A DNA stretch of 64,000 nucleotides from Turneriella sp. (GCA_965279515.1 CBDIID010000003.1:1216001-1280000), one strand, 5' to 3'. Positions 1-9,386 are shown, numbered from the stretch's first letter. The notes: generated by a model from the letters alone, not told the origin. Numbers and translations: made by a program.

Positions 1-2363
1 CATTGCATGACTGCCGGATTGCCCTCAAGGACTTTTAACACGATGTCCTTTCGCTGCTCGACCAGAATAAAGAGCCGCAGCGGATCATGAATTTCGATCA
101 TCTGCTCGGGCAGCCCGGTGCGCAGATCACCCTCCGCCCCGTTGCCGACGCCAAGCAGCGAAAAAACATTATGCGGTAATTTGGACCCCGCGCCAAAAAC
201 CGAATTGTCCATGCGCGAGAATAGGTACTCGAGATTGATACCCGCACACACCGGCACGAGCGGCGTCAGAATTCCGTTCAGAATCTTTCCGTCTTTATCG
301 GTCCGGGGATCGTAGGAATTAAAAAAGGCGCGGCGATCCAGAAAAAGATTTTCAGAGAGTGAGCGACGGGCGACAATCGCCAACGCATTCGTCGCATGGT
401 TATACTCCGGCCTCGGTTCGAAGAGCATCTCGGTGCGTAGGCGTACTTCCTTCATGGCCTTTTTGAAACCATAGGGAAAATTCAGAATGGCAAATCGGCG
501 TGTCCGTTCATGTGCGTTATGTTCCAGCGCGCTGTTGAATATCGCATTCAGCTCTTTCAGCTGATCTGAATGGTGTGCCATGACATCGTCTTCGTCCATG
601 AAAATAATCTCGTCGCGGGCCGTATCGTGGATCGCACCGATAAAGCGCGTAGAAAGGGGAATATCGATGCCCTCGGCTTTGAGTAGCCGTCGTACATCGT
701 CGCGGTTAGCCATCGTCGCGTACGTGCGTGCGTTGACGAACCCTGGTCTTCCTGAGCAGGCGCCGCAATCGTATGCGGCGAAGTATGGATTGTTTGTACT
801 ACTCGACCCATGGCCGACAACCGCGACCAACGCCGCAAAATTGTGGGTTAAGCCGATTTGGCGTAAAACCCGCGCCACGCGTTCCGCCATTTCGCTGACG
901 GTATAACCCTCGAAGTAACCGTCCTGCGGTGCCTCCCCATCTGGCCTCTCGTAGTGCAGATCGGTTTCATCATCATGTGCGGCAAACGAACTCGCCGTAG
1001 CAAATGTGCGCGAGGGTTTTGCAATCGATATTCCGAGTCTGACGAGGGAAAAAAGACCGAAAACGAGAGATATCAGCCAGCCTAAAACCAGGTTATTCGC
1101 ATAACGATGCCAGAAATTCATCTCAATGCGGCTGGCGGGTAATTTTCTCTTATGCTTCGCTATGCCGCGGATACGGTGACGGGGTGTAACCGGCACCGGA
1201 CACTGCTTGATTGAAATGGCGTCATAGGGTCCCTGATAGACGGCATCTATGGCAAAGAAGCCGGGTGTCGCAAACGTTTCCACGCCATCCGTAAGTTCTT
1301 CGAGATAACGCCGGAAAGAAGACTCCCTGTCATCGATGCAGAATAGCGCCTGAAATTTTGTTTTCCCTTCTTTAGAAAACCGTCCGCGCTTCTGACCTGC
1401 GTTTACCCTGATGGCGCGCAGTGTATCGAGATAAAAACTCAATTCCATCGCCTCAAGCCAAAGGCGACAAATCTTCTCACCCTCGTTTTCGACCGGCGCG
1501 TGCTCTGCAAAAAACGCGGTATTGGTATTGACCAGGTCCAGTTTGGATTTCTCCCAACCGCCTGCGGTGGCACGTTCCGTAAAAATCGCCAGATAAAGAG
1601 CGACGTATTGTACAAGTTTGATCAGGCGCGGATAACTCAGGGATTCCGGGCGGTCTTCTACCTGCGCAATAAGCCCCGACCAGCCGCGCGCAGCCATGAG
1701 CACTTCGAGAAGAAAGGTACGCCTGTCCGCTTTTTCTGGTAACAGCTTTTCCAGGCAATCTGCGACAATGTCTTCAGGGGATTTTTTGCGTATCTGGTCA
1801 GTTAAGTGTGCGCTTAAGGCGTGGATTTTCCCCGTGCGCAACTGTTGGCGCAACGCCGACCAGAAGTCGAGTTGACCTTCGCCTAACGAGATTGCCGCCA
1901 TCCCCTGGTCCAGGTAACTGGCGACCAAACGGAAAACATGCGGATGAATTTGTTCCTCAAGAACAATACCGCATTGCTGCTTGATTGAGAACATGTATCC
2001 GTGCCTGCGAAAACCGGGACGGTGTTGTACATCCGCCAGTTCTCTGTAGAGCATCCGGTGGCGCACTTCCGCCGTGTCGCCACCTTCAGAAGCTAAGACT
2101 AAATTCAGCGCCTCATCACTGATCTTGCCGCTTTTAAACAATGCCCGGAATTCGGAAACCGGCAGGTATTCCCGCGCACCGTAGAGGCGCGAGGCCTGGC
2201 GGATGGATTCATCGAAGCTGAGGTTATGTTCCTGGAAGGCATGCAGCGTATTATGGTGGATAAAATCCTTAATCGGTCCCTGTGACGGCAGATAATGGCG
2301 GATTTCCTTTAGAATTGTCGTAATATCCGTTGGTGCTTCCTGCTTTTTTGAATTCTTTTTCAT
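1..2363 (-). CDS. dabA: DUF2309/UPF0753 family putative inorganic carbon transporter subunit DabA (beta-carbonic-anhydrase-like), 3' end runs off window
   Basis: Absent from the ORF track because there is no stop in the window. Manual translation from ATG 2363 (SD GAGGAGG) gives LPSQGPIKDFIHHNTLHAF, FQALFCIDDRESSFRRYLEE, GHGSSSTNNPYFAAYDCGACSG, RPEYNHATNA, FLDRRAFFNSYDP and INLEYLFS...GSKLPHNV...GDLRTGLPEQM, all DUF2309 signatures including the C/D/H/C Zn ligands. Confidence 0.92.
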   Translation of the reverse strand, partial: MKKNSKKQEAPTDITTILKEIRHYLPSQGPIKDFIHHNTLHAFQEHNLSFDESIRQASRLYGAREYLPVSEFRALFKSGKISDEALNLVLASEGGDTAEVRHRMLYRELADVQHRPGFRRHGYMFSIKQQCGIVLEEQIHPHVFRLVASYLDQGMAAISLGEGQLDFWSALRQQLRTGKIHALSAHLTDQIRKKSPEDIVADCLEKLLPEKADRRTFLLEVLMAARGWSGLIAQVEDRPESLSYPRLIKLVQYVALYLAIFTERATAGGWEKSKLDLVNTNTAFFAEHAPVENEGEKICRLWLEAMELSFYLDTLRAIRVNAGQKRGRFSKEGKTKFQALFCIDDRESSFRRYLEELTDGVETFATPGFFAIDAVYQGPYDAISIKQCPVPVTPRHRIRGIAKHKRKLPASRIEMNFWHRYANNLVLGWLISLVFGLFSLVRLGISIAKPSRTFATASSFAAHDDETDLHYERPDGEAPQDGYFEGYTVSEMAERVARVLRQIGLTHNFAALVAVVGHGSSSTNNPYFAAYDCGACSGRPGFVNARTYATMANRDDVRRLLKAEGIDIPLSTRFIGAIHDTARDEIIFMDEDDVMAHHSDQLKELNAIFNSALEHNAHERTRRFAILNFPYGFKKAMKEVRLRTEMLFEPRPEYNHATNALAIVARRSLSENLFLDRRAFFNSYDPRTDKDGKILNGILTPLVPVCAGINLEYLFSRMDNSVFGAGSKLPHNVFSLLGVGNGAEGDLRTGLPEQMIEIHDPLRLFILVEQRKDIVLKVLEGNPAVMQ

Positions 2364-2465
2364 CTTCCTCCTCAGGTACGGAGCTTGGATAATTCTCCGC
2401 CAAAAACAATAATGGGATTAAACGCGCCGGGACAGAGCTCTCATACCGAGCCTGCCGTCGGGTGT

Positions 2466-2855
2466 TTAGAGAGCAGGAGGGGCGCGCGAGTTTGCTAGAG
2501 AAAGGAGGTCTTTTTGGTGGAGAATCAGGGACGATGCCGAAAAATCGTTGCGAATGAAGTGAATTTGGGGTAAATGGACCGCGTCGGCGGTGACATAGAC
2601 ATCTGCATCGGACTCACCGTCGCACTCTTCACCGTTTTCAGCAAAGAGGCCATCGACCTTGGCCAAGTTCTGCGCAGGGGGTTGGGTAGAGAGCATCAGG
2701 GTTGAAGATGCAGAGGTACAATACGCCGAACCTTCGATGCTACCCAAAAAAATGAACGCAGCCAGCACCAACACAAATCGTCTGAGATATTGGCCGTGCT
2801 TTGCCTTGTGAATCATCTCTTTTAACATAGTAGTAAATCGATCCGAATATGGCAA
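2466..2855 (-). CDS. Small exported-type leader protein with C-terminal RAPP motif (candidate translation-arrest peptide); start may be 2828 or 2816
   Basis: Basic n-region, hydrophobic RRFVLVLAAFIFLG, acidic linker, ends SRAPPAL*; co-oriented 102 nt upstream of dabA. Confidence 0.7.
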   Translation of the reverse strand: MPYSDRFTTMLKEMIHKAKHGQYLRRFVLVLAAFIFLGSIEGSAYCTSASSTLMLSTQPPAQNLAKVDGLFAENGEECDGESDADVYVTADAVHLPQIHFIRNDFSASSLILHQKDLLSLANSRAPPAL

Positions 2856-3097
2856 TAAAATCCGCAGGCAAATTTCGTGCCTGAGCTGCTTTCTGGGGTG
2901 GGCGGCAGATCGTTAGCGAACCTGCCCGATGAAAATGGAAAATGCTGAAATCCGGGAAAAGCGGGCATTTGCTCGTTCACGGCGTGATTTTTGCGACTAA
3001 AAATCGTGCAGCTTCTCTTGAGATTTCAGAATTTTGCACACCCTCCGCGCGCCCCTTTTTCCCTTTACCTGTACATGCTGCGCAGAAATCATACGCC

Positions 3098-5269
3098 ATG
3101 TCTTCGCTTGTCCGGTTTGCGTTCCGGTGGATTGCTTATTTTTCATCCTACGGTATAGCGGTGGCGACGTCGGCGGCGATCAGCTCGATACTCGCGATCT
3201 CCTTTGGTCTCTACTACGCCCGTGCGACGAATTTCCCGCTTTCGAATGCCATGCTGATCACCATCGCGATCGGCGCGGCGGTCGCCTGGATCGGCCATTC
3301 GGTGCAATTCGGTATTCTGAATAAAATCGGCTTCCCGGGTTTTACCCGCCCCGTTCTGGCAGTCAATCGTTTCATCACAGCCACCCCCGACCTTTCGATC
3401 AGACCCGATCTCAGGGAATCGGATTACCATGAGCTCTTACGCGCGCTGACGATTATTCCACTCACCAATGCATTTACCGCGGTACTTTCAGTACAGCTGA
3501 TCTTCGGGGCGATTCTCGTCGCCGCAGAGCTCTCGATTAAATTCGAGCCCTACCACTATGTGCAGGGCCTGATCATGGACCTGATGTTTTCTTTTATCCA
3601 TGGCGGCTTCTGCCTGGTGATCGGCGAAATCGCCACAGGGGGCATGCGCGCCGAATGCAAGCGCATCATGCACGAAAAGGGGATCGCCTTCACGGACCGC
3701 GCTGTCACAACAGTGCGGCTGAAACTCGCCTTCTTCATCACACTCTTTCTCGTAACGCTTTACGTCGCCGCAACCCTTGTCTACTACAACCGCGACAATT
3801 TGCAGGCAATCCTCATTTTCACACTCATGGCGACCGTTGCCGCGGTGCTGATGGCCTACATGATCTTCTACCTGATCTACAGTGCGCTCAAAGATATCGA
3901 AGGCGCTATGGACGATTTAAAATCCGGCGGTTCGGGACTTATTTTCACGAAGTCGATCGACAGCGAATTTGTCAAGGTCGCGACCGGAATCTCCGACGCC
4001 GCACGCACAATCAAAGACTACCAGGCAAACCTGGAACAGAAGATCGACGAGCGCACGCGCGAGTTGCAGGAAAGTTTAGGGAATGTAAAGGCCCTGAAGG
4101 GCCAGCAAGACGGCGATTATTTTCTCACCTCGCTGCTGCTGAAGCCGTTAACCGGAAATTACGCCAACAACCGCCAGATCAAAGTCAGTATCTTCATCCG
4201 CCAGAAAAAAAGTTTCGAATTCAAAACGAAAACGAACGAAATCGGCGGCGACATCTGCCTCGCGCACTCGATCAGGCTGCGCGGGCGGGATTACACCCTG
4301 TTCTTAAACGGCGACGCAATGGGCAAATCGATGCAGGGCGCCGGCGGATCGTTGGTTCTGGGCGCCGTCATGCAATCGATTGTCGAGCGCACGAAGCTCT
4401 CGCCCAAAGAACAGGTACTTTATCCCGAGCGCTGGCTGAAGGCGGTGTTTCTCGAACTGCAAAAAACTTTTGAAAGTTTCGACGGTTCGATGTTGATCTC
4501 GGTGATTATGGGTCTTGCCGATGAGAAATCCGGCTTTGTCTATTTTATCAACGCCGAGCACCCCTGGTCTGCAATCTACCGCCAAGGCAAGGCGTTCTTT
4601 ATCGAAAACGACCTGACGCTCAGAAAGCTCGGCACGCTCGGCGTGGCGATGGGCATCCGCGTGCAGACGTATGAGATGAAACCCAACGACACATTCGTTA
4701 TCGGCTCGGACGGTCGCGACGACCTGGTTCTAGGCACCGACGAGACGGGCACCCGCATCATCAACGAAGATGAAAATCTGTTTCTGCGCATGCTTGAATC
4801 GGGCAAAGGCAATCTCGAACAGACCTATAACCTGTGCAAAGAGACAGGGGATATTTCAGACGACTTCTCACTCATCTCGCTTACCTACCTGCCTGAAATA
4901 GAAACACGCGACATGCGCTTCGGCATCGGGCAAAAAATCAGCGAAGCGCGTGCCTTCGTCGCCAAAAAGAATTACGCAGCAGCAACCGAACTTTTGGAGC
5001 ACGCCTACGAGGTTTCGAAGGATAACCTTCACGTCGCACGCGCGCTCGCCCATATCTATTACAGGGCGGGCAAGCTGGCAGAAGCCGCGCGCTATTTCGA
5101 CCTCTATAGCGAAGAGAACCCGGGCGACACACAGACGATCGGGGTATTGGGATCGCTGTTATTGAAGCTGGGTGACACCGAACGCGCGGCCGACGTATTA
5201 ACCCGCCTCAAGATCCGCAACCCGCACGATGAGAAGATCGCCAGCCAGCTGGCGAAAATTTATAAGTAG
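3098..5269 (+). CDS. Membrane-bound PP2C/SpoIIE-family Ser/Thr phosphatase with coiled coil and C-terminal TPRs
   Basis: About 6 TM segments, coiled coil LEQKIDERTREL, PP2C motifs IGGD, NGDAMGK, INAEHP, GSDGRDD, SDDFSL, and a TPR-like tail. ORF is open from 2942; ATG 3098 is preferred. Confidence 0.85.
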   Translation: MSSLVRFAFRWIAYFSSYGIAVATSAAISSILAISFGLYYARATNFPLSNAMLITIAIGAAVAWIGHSVQFGILNKIGFPGFTRPVLAVNRFITATPDLSIRPDLRESDYHELLRALTIIPLTNAFTAVLSVQLIFGAILVAAELSIKFEPYHYVQGLIMDLMFSFIHGGFCLVIGEIATGGMRAECKRIMHEKGIAFTDRAVTTVRLKLAFFITLFLVTLYVAATLVYYNRDNLQAILIFTLMATVAAVLMAYMIFYLIYSALKDIEGAMDDLKSGGSGLIFTKSIDSEFVKVATGISDAARTIKDYQANLEQKIDERTRELQESLGNVKALKGQQDGDYFLTSLLLKPLTGNYANNRQIKVSIFIRQKKSFEFKTKTNEIGGDICLAHSIRLRGRDYTLFLNGDAMGKSMQGAGGSLVLGAVMQSIVERTKLSPKEQVLYPERWLKAVFLELQKTFESFDGSMLISVIMGLADEKSGFVYFINAEHPWSAIYRQGKAFFIENDLTLRKLGTLGVAMGIRVQTYEMKPNDTFVIGSDGRDDLVLGTDETGTRIINEDENLFLRMLESGKGNLEQTYNLCKETGDISDDFSLISLTYLPEIETRDMRFGIGQKISEARAFVAKKNYAAATELLEHAYEVSKDNLHVARALAHIYYRAGKLAEAARYFDLYSEENPGDTQTIGVLGSLLLKLGDTERAADVLTRLKIRNPHDEKIASQLAKIYK

Positions 5270-5337
5270 ACGGCGGAACGGCGCAGGCCAGATGCGGGCA
5301 ACTCAGAAATAATCTTGCCCGAATAGGATTCATAAAC

Positions 5338-5727
5338 ATGTGGCGCCGCTTACCCGAAGATATTGTCCAGGAAAGAAGTAAGGCCTTTGCACAGAAAAAA
5401 GGTCTTCCGAGAACCGCACGCGGCATACTTGCCGCCCTGCTCTTTGTCGCCGTTTTGTCTGGTATTTCATACCTGAACGATGTTTCTTCGGGAAAGAGCT
5501 TTAACCTGCACCAAGCGCCCGCCTGGGCCCTGATTTGCGTTTTCATTGCCACCGTTCTTTTTATGTATTTTCTTCTGGTGAAGAACCGCAAACCTCCCGT
5601 TATCTTCATCTGTTATGATTGCCAGGAGCCGTTTCACGCGCAGCCAAAGTGCCCTGCCTGCAACAGCGCGAATATTTCAGACATCCGTTTTGCCGAATGG
5701 GTTGAAGGAGCAGAGAACCAGCCTTAA
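5338..5727 (+). CDS. Small two-TM membrane protein with C-terminal zinc ribbon
   Basis: Two hydrophobic helices followed by CYDC...CPAC. Confidence 0.65.
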   Translation: MWRRLPEDIVQERSKAFAQKKGLPRTARGILAALLFVAVLSGISYLNDVSSGKSFNLHQAPAWALICVFIATVLFMYFLLVKNRKPPVIFICYDCQEPFHAQPKCPACNSANISDIRFAEWVEGAENQP

Positions 5728-5736
5728 AGCTGCCGG

Positions 5737-6012
5737 TTAGTAGGGCGACGCGTTCACACAGGAATTCATCATGCCCTGCCCGTTCTGTTTGGCACGCTTT
5801 ACACACTCCGCCAGCTCGTCGGCAGCGAGCTTGCGCTCTTCCTTATCCATTCCCGCATCTTTTACAGCCGCGGCGTACTGCGCCTTGCATGCTGCGCTGT
5901 CTTTTTTGACTGAACTGGTAAACTCGTGGGTGCAGTATTTTTTCTTTTCCGCATCGACGGCAGATGCGGCGCCGCATAACAAAACCGGAATTGCCAGAAT
6001 GATCTTAAACAT
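5737..6012 (-). CDS. Small secreted Cys-containing helical protein
   Basis: Signal peptide MFKIILAIPVLLCGAASA; four Cys in the mature part; follows 6025-6984 on the same strand. Confidence 0.65.
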   Translation of the reverse strand: MFKIILAIPVLLCGAASAVDAEKKKYCTHEFTSSVKKDSAACKAQYAAAVKDAGMDKEERKLAADELAECVKRAKQNGQGMMNSCVNASPY

Positions 6013-6024
6013 TTTTCTTCTGCT

Positions 6025-6984
6025 CTATAAATCGATCCACTTCAGAATATCAGGTAAAACCTCAGAAGCAAGTTCATCAGAAGCTATCATCATGCCGTGG
6101 TCGTAGTCGCGCGCCTGGCGGTTCATGCGGCCCGGTTGCAGAAAGCGCACATCAGGTGAATTCTTCGTTGCGTCGCCGATGGTCTTCACAAAGAATTTAT
6201 AGACCGATTCGGAAGGTGCAACGTTATCAATTTTACCCGCGAGAAACATCACGCGTACACCCTTGTCTTTGAGTGAAACGTTTTCCAGCGAGTCGCGCCA
6301 GACATTCTTACCGCCTGCAACCAGATTTTGCCGTGGCGCGATGAGTTCGGGCCTGAGCCCCGGTAAAAACCGGCGGCAAAATTCGGCCTGTGCAAGATTT
6401 TCTTTGGCGAGGCGGCGGCCGAAGGAGCCCGGGTACTCGTAGTCAAATCCTGTCCCGAGAAAAAACGCCGCCTTCACCTGCAGGCCGCTTGTCGTCGCAT
6501 GCTTCGGCGCTTCGTTCAGGTAGTGCGCGATGGCCTGCCCGCCGAGGGAGATCCCACCCATGGCCCAATCGCTGTCTGTCGAATTTTTGCGTATCGCCGT
6601 GGTAATCTGCGGCAGCACATCGCGGCCGAATTTTTCGAGCGCCATTGCAGGCGGAATGCGCACCAGCCACACGGCGACGCCGCGCGCATTGAACCACGGA
6701 ATGAGCGAGGCGGAGCCTGAATTATAGAGCGCCTCGTCGGCGACGAGAACGGGAGAGACGAGCACGAGCGAGAACGACGGACCCGCAAGAGCGCCATAGG
6801 TTTTGGGGAAGAGACTCACCGCAAACGAGCCGCCGGAAGCGTCGATAGAAAAATCGCGGCGGTTTTCCTTTTCGATATAGTTTGTGGTGCTGGTGGACTG
6901 GCAACGCAGCCCCGAAAACAAAAGGGCAACGGCCACCAATATAGAGTGACGAAGCATACCGCGAAAGTTGTGTCTGCGACCCAT
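6025..6984 (-). CDS. Alpha/beta-hydrolase fold lipoprotein
   Basis: Signal peptide with Cys, nucleophile elbow GISLGG, acid motif GKIDNVAP, His motif YDHG. Confidence 0.75.
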   Translation of the reverse strand: MGRRHNFRGMLRHSILVAVALLFSGLRCQSTSTTNYIEKENRRDFSIDASGGSFAVSLFPKTYGALAGPSFSLVLVSPVLVADEALYNSGSASLIPWFNARGVAVWLVRIPPAMALEKFGRDVLPQITTAIRKNSTDSDWAMGGISLGGQAIAHYLNEAPKHATTSGLQVKAAFFLGTGFDYEYPGSFGRRLAKENLAQAEFCRRFLPGLRPELIAPRQNLVAGGKNVWRDSLENVSLKDKGVRVMFLAGKIDNVAPSESVYKFFVKTIGDATKNSPDVRFLQPGRMNRQARDYDHGMMIASDELASEVLPDILKWIDL

Positions 6985-7075
6985 TGTAAATCAAAATTGA
7001 ACGTTTGTTCGAATTTTAAAGTTCAGAATGGCTTTGCCCGGCTGGCCAGACATACGAGCTGGCAGGTCACAGCGT

Positions 7076-9337
7076 ATGACCCGCATACAAATTACCTGTT
7101 GGATCTCCCTTTGCTCAGCCACACTTTCCTGTGGCTCGCTTCTCAGTGAATCAGAACGGATTCGGAACGCCAATGAAAAATCCGCTGGCTCCCCCGCAAA
7201 TCCCGGAGGTGCGCCGGCAGCCCCTGGTTTTGTGGCGACCCCCGCTTCGCCCGTGTCGGTTTGGGGCACGAATGGTACGGTGAACGCGATCGTCCGCAGC
7301 GGCAGTATCCTCTATGTGGGGGGAACCTTCACGGCCGTCGCGCCTAGTACAGGAACGGGAGCGGTTCTGGATACGGTTACCAGTGCGGCACCGACAGGCT
7401 CAGTAATAGCCACCATCAACGGTGGCAATGTCAATGCGGTTGCGCCGGACGGTTCGGGGGGATGGTTTATTGGTGGCACATTCACTCAAATCGGCACGGC
7501 GACACGTAACCGCATCGCACGCATCAACGCGGACGGCAGTTTACATCCGTGGAATCCCAACGCAGATAATACAGTGAATGCCATCGCCGTGGCGGGCTCC
7601 ATCGTTTACGTCGGCGGTAACTTCACTAACATTGGCGGACAGGCACGCAACAGGATTGCGGCACTCGACAGTACCAATAATGGAAATAGTGCCACCGCCT
7701 GGGACCCCGGCTCGAGCGCCCCGGTCAATGCATTGCTCGTGTCAGGCTCCGTCATCTACGCCGCGGGATCATTTGGTACCATCGGCGGGCAGACGCGTAA
7801 CGGCGTCGCCCAACTCGATACCCTGCTGGCTACGAACAATGCCACGCCATGGAACCCCAATGCCAATGCCGGGGCCAGTGCCCTCGCCCTATCAGGAATC
7901 ACCCTTTATGTGGGAGGAAGCTTTAGCAGTATCGGCGGGCAGGCACGTAACCGAATCGCTGCACTGGATACGACGGTGAATACCAATAATGCCACGGCGT
8001 GGAACCCCAATGCGAGCGCGATCGTGAGTGCGCTCGCAATATCGGGCACGACAATCTATGCCGGCGGCGCATTCACAACCATCGGCGGCCAGACGCGCAA
8101 TAATATCGCGGCACTCGATGCCACCGTTAATACCGGTAATGCCACGGCATGGAACCCAAACGGTAACGGCAACGTAAACGCCCTTGCTGTCTCCGGTACG
8201 ACTCTCTATACGGGCGGCTCTTTTACGACAATCGGTGGACAAACACGCAACAAAATTGCTGCACTGGATACCACCATCAACACCAACAACGCCACGGCAT
8301 GGGACCCCAACGCGGCCGGCGATGCCAACGCGCTTGCCGTGTCGGGCTCAACAGTATACGCAGGCGGTTCGTTCCCGTCTATCGGCGGAAAGTTGCGTAA
8401 CAATATCGCTGCTTTTGATCTGACCACGGGGGCTGCCACCGCCTGGGACCCCAATGCGGGTGGCACGGTGAATTCTCTCGCAACATCCGGATCTACGGTT
8501 TATGTCGGCGGGCAATTCACAACGATCGGTGGGCAGGTGCGCAACCGCATCGCCGCTCTAGACGCCTCGGTGAATACGAATAACGCCACGGCATGGGACC
8601 CCAACGCGAGTGCGAGCGTCATTGCGCTCGTGTTATCGGGTACAACTCTTTACGCTGCGGGCGCATTCGGCACGATCGGCGGACAGGGGCGCACGTGCAT
8701 CGCCGCCCTCGATACCACCATCAACACCAACAACGCAACGGCATTCAATCCGGGCGCCGATGCCGGCGTTACTGCGCTTGCGCTATCTGGCACGACGCTC
8801 TATGCGGGCGGGGCTTTCGGCAACATCGGGGGACAGGCTCGGAGTAACATCGCCGCTCTGGATACAACCATGAACACCAATAATGCAACCGCGTGGAACC
8901 CCGGTGCGACCGGCAACGTGGCAGCGCTTGCGGTATTGGGAACGACTATTTACGCAGGCGGCGCATTCGCGAGTATCGGTGGTCAGGCACGCAGCTTTAT
9001 TGCGGCCCTCGACACCACCATCAATACGAACAACGCGACGGCCTGGGATCCTGCTGCGACCATCGGGGTCAGCACCCTCGCCGTCTCCGGTACGACAGTG
9101 TATGCCGGAGGCGCATTCACGTCCATCGGGGGACAGGCACGCAACCACATCGCCGCTCTCGACACCACAGTGAATACGAACAACGCGACGGCATGGAATC
9201 CGAACGCCGACAATAATGTACTGGCAATATTTGTTTCTGGCAACACGGTTTACGCGGGCGGCGTTCTCGGCACAGTCGGAGGCCAAACACGGAATAAAAT
9301 TGCTGCCATCAATGCCTTAACCGGCCAGCCCTGGTGA
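7076..9337 (+). CDS. Lipoprotein made of 14 ~50-aa beta-propeller-like repeats
   Basis: Lipobox-like TLSC; repeat WNPNA..V.ALA.SG.T.YAGG.FT.IGGQ.RN.IAALD. ORF is open from 7028. Confidence 0.8.
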   Translation: MTRIQITCWISLCSATLSCGSLLSESERIRNANEKSAGSPANPGGAPAAPGFVATPASPVSVWGTNGTVNAIVRSGSILYVGGTFTAVAPSTGTGAVLDTVTSAAPTGSVIATINGGNVNAVAPDGSGGWFIGGTFTQIGTATRNRIARINADGSLHPWNPNADNTVNAIAVAGSIVYVGGNFTNIGGQARNRIAALDSTNNGNSATAWDPGSSAPVNALLVSGSVIYAAGSFGTIGGQTRNGVAQLDTLLATNNATPWNPNANAGASALALSGITLYVGGSFSSIGGQARNRIAALDTTVNTNNATAWNPNASAIVSALAISGTTIYAGGAFTTIGGQTRNNIAALDATVNTGNATAWNPNGNGNVNALAVSGTTLYTGGSFTTIGGQTRNKIAALDTTINTNNATAWDPNAAGDANALAVSGSTVYAGGSFPSIGGKLRNNIAAFDLTTGAATAWDPNAGGTVNSLATSGSTVYVGGQFTTIGGQVRNRIAALDASVNTNNATAWDPNASASVIALVLSGTTLYAAGAFGTIGGQGRTCIAALDTTINTNNATAFNPGADAGVTALALSGTTLYAGGAFGNIGGQARSNIAALDTTMNTNNATAWNPGATGNVAALAVLGTTIYAGGAFASIGGQARSFIAALDTTINTNNATAWDPAATIGVSTLAVSGTTVYAGGAFTSIGGQARNHIAALDTTVNTNNATAWNPNADNNVLAIFVSGNTVYAGGVLGTVGGQTRNKIAAINALTGQPW
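7550..9330 (+). repeat. Degenerate ~150-bp intragenic tandem repeats
   Basis: Recurrent atcggcgg(a/g)cag and accaacaacgccacggcatgg-like words at ~150-bp period. Confidence 0.8.
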
Positions 9338-9386
9338 ATGGCCTTTGTTCTTTTCGCTCGTCGCACCATAACGATTCTGCCCCGCC

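Noticed and set aside
3655..4473. 272-aa alternative-frame ORF inside the PP2C gene
   Set aside because: Arg/Gly-rich shadow frame typical of GC-biased codon usage; no motifs.
7550..9330. AAC-rich ~150-bp repeats as a CRISPR array or a DGR template/variable pair
   Set aside because: They lie in one open frame, vary largely at synonymous positions, have no unique spacers, and no cas or reverse transcriptase gene is present in the window.
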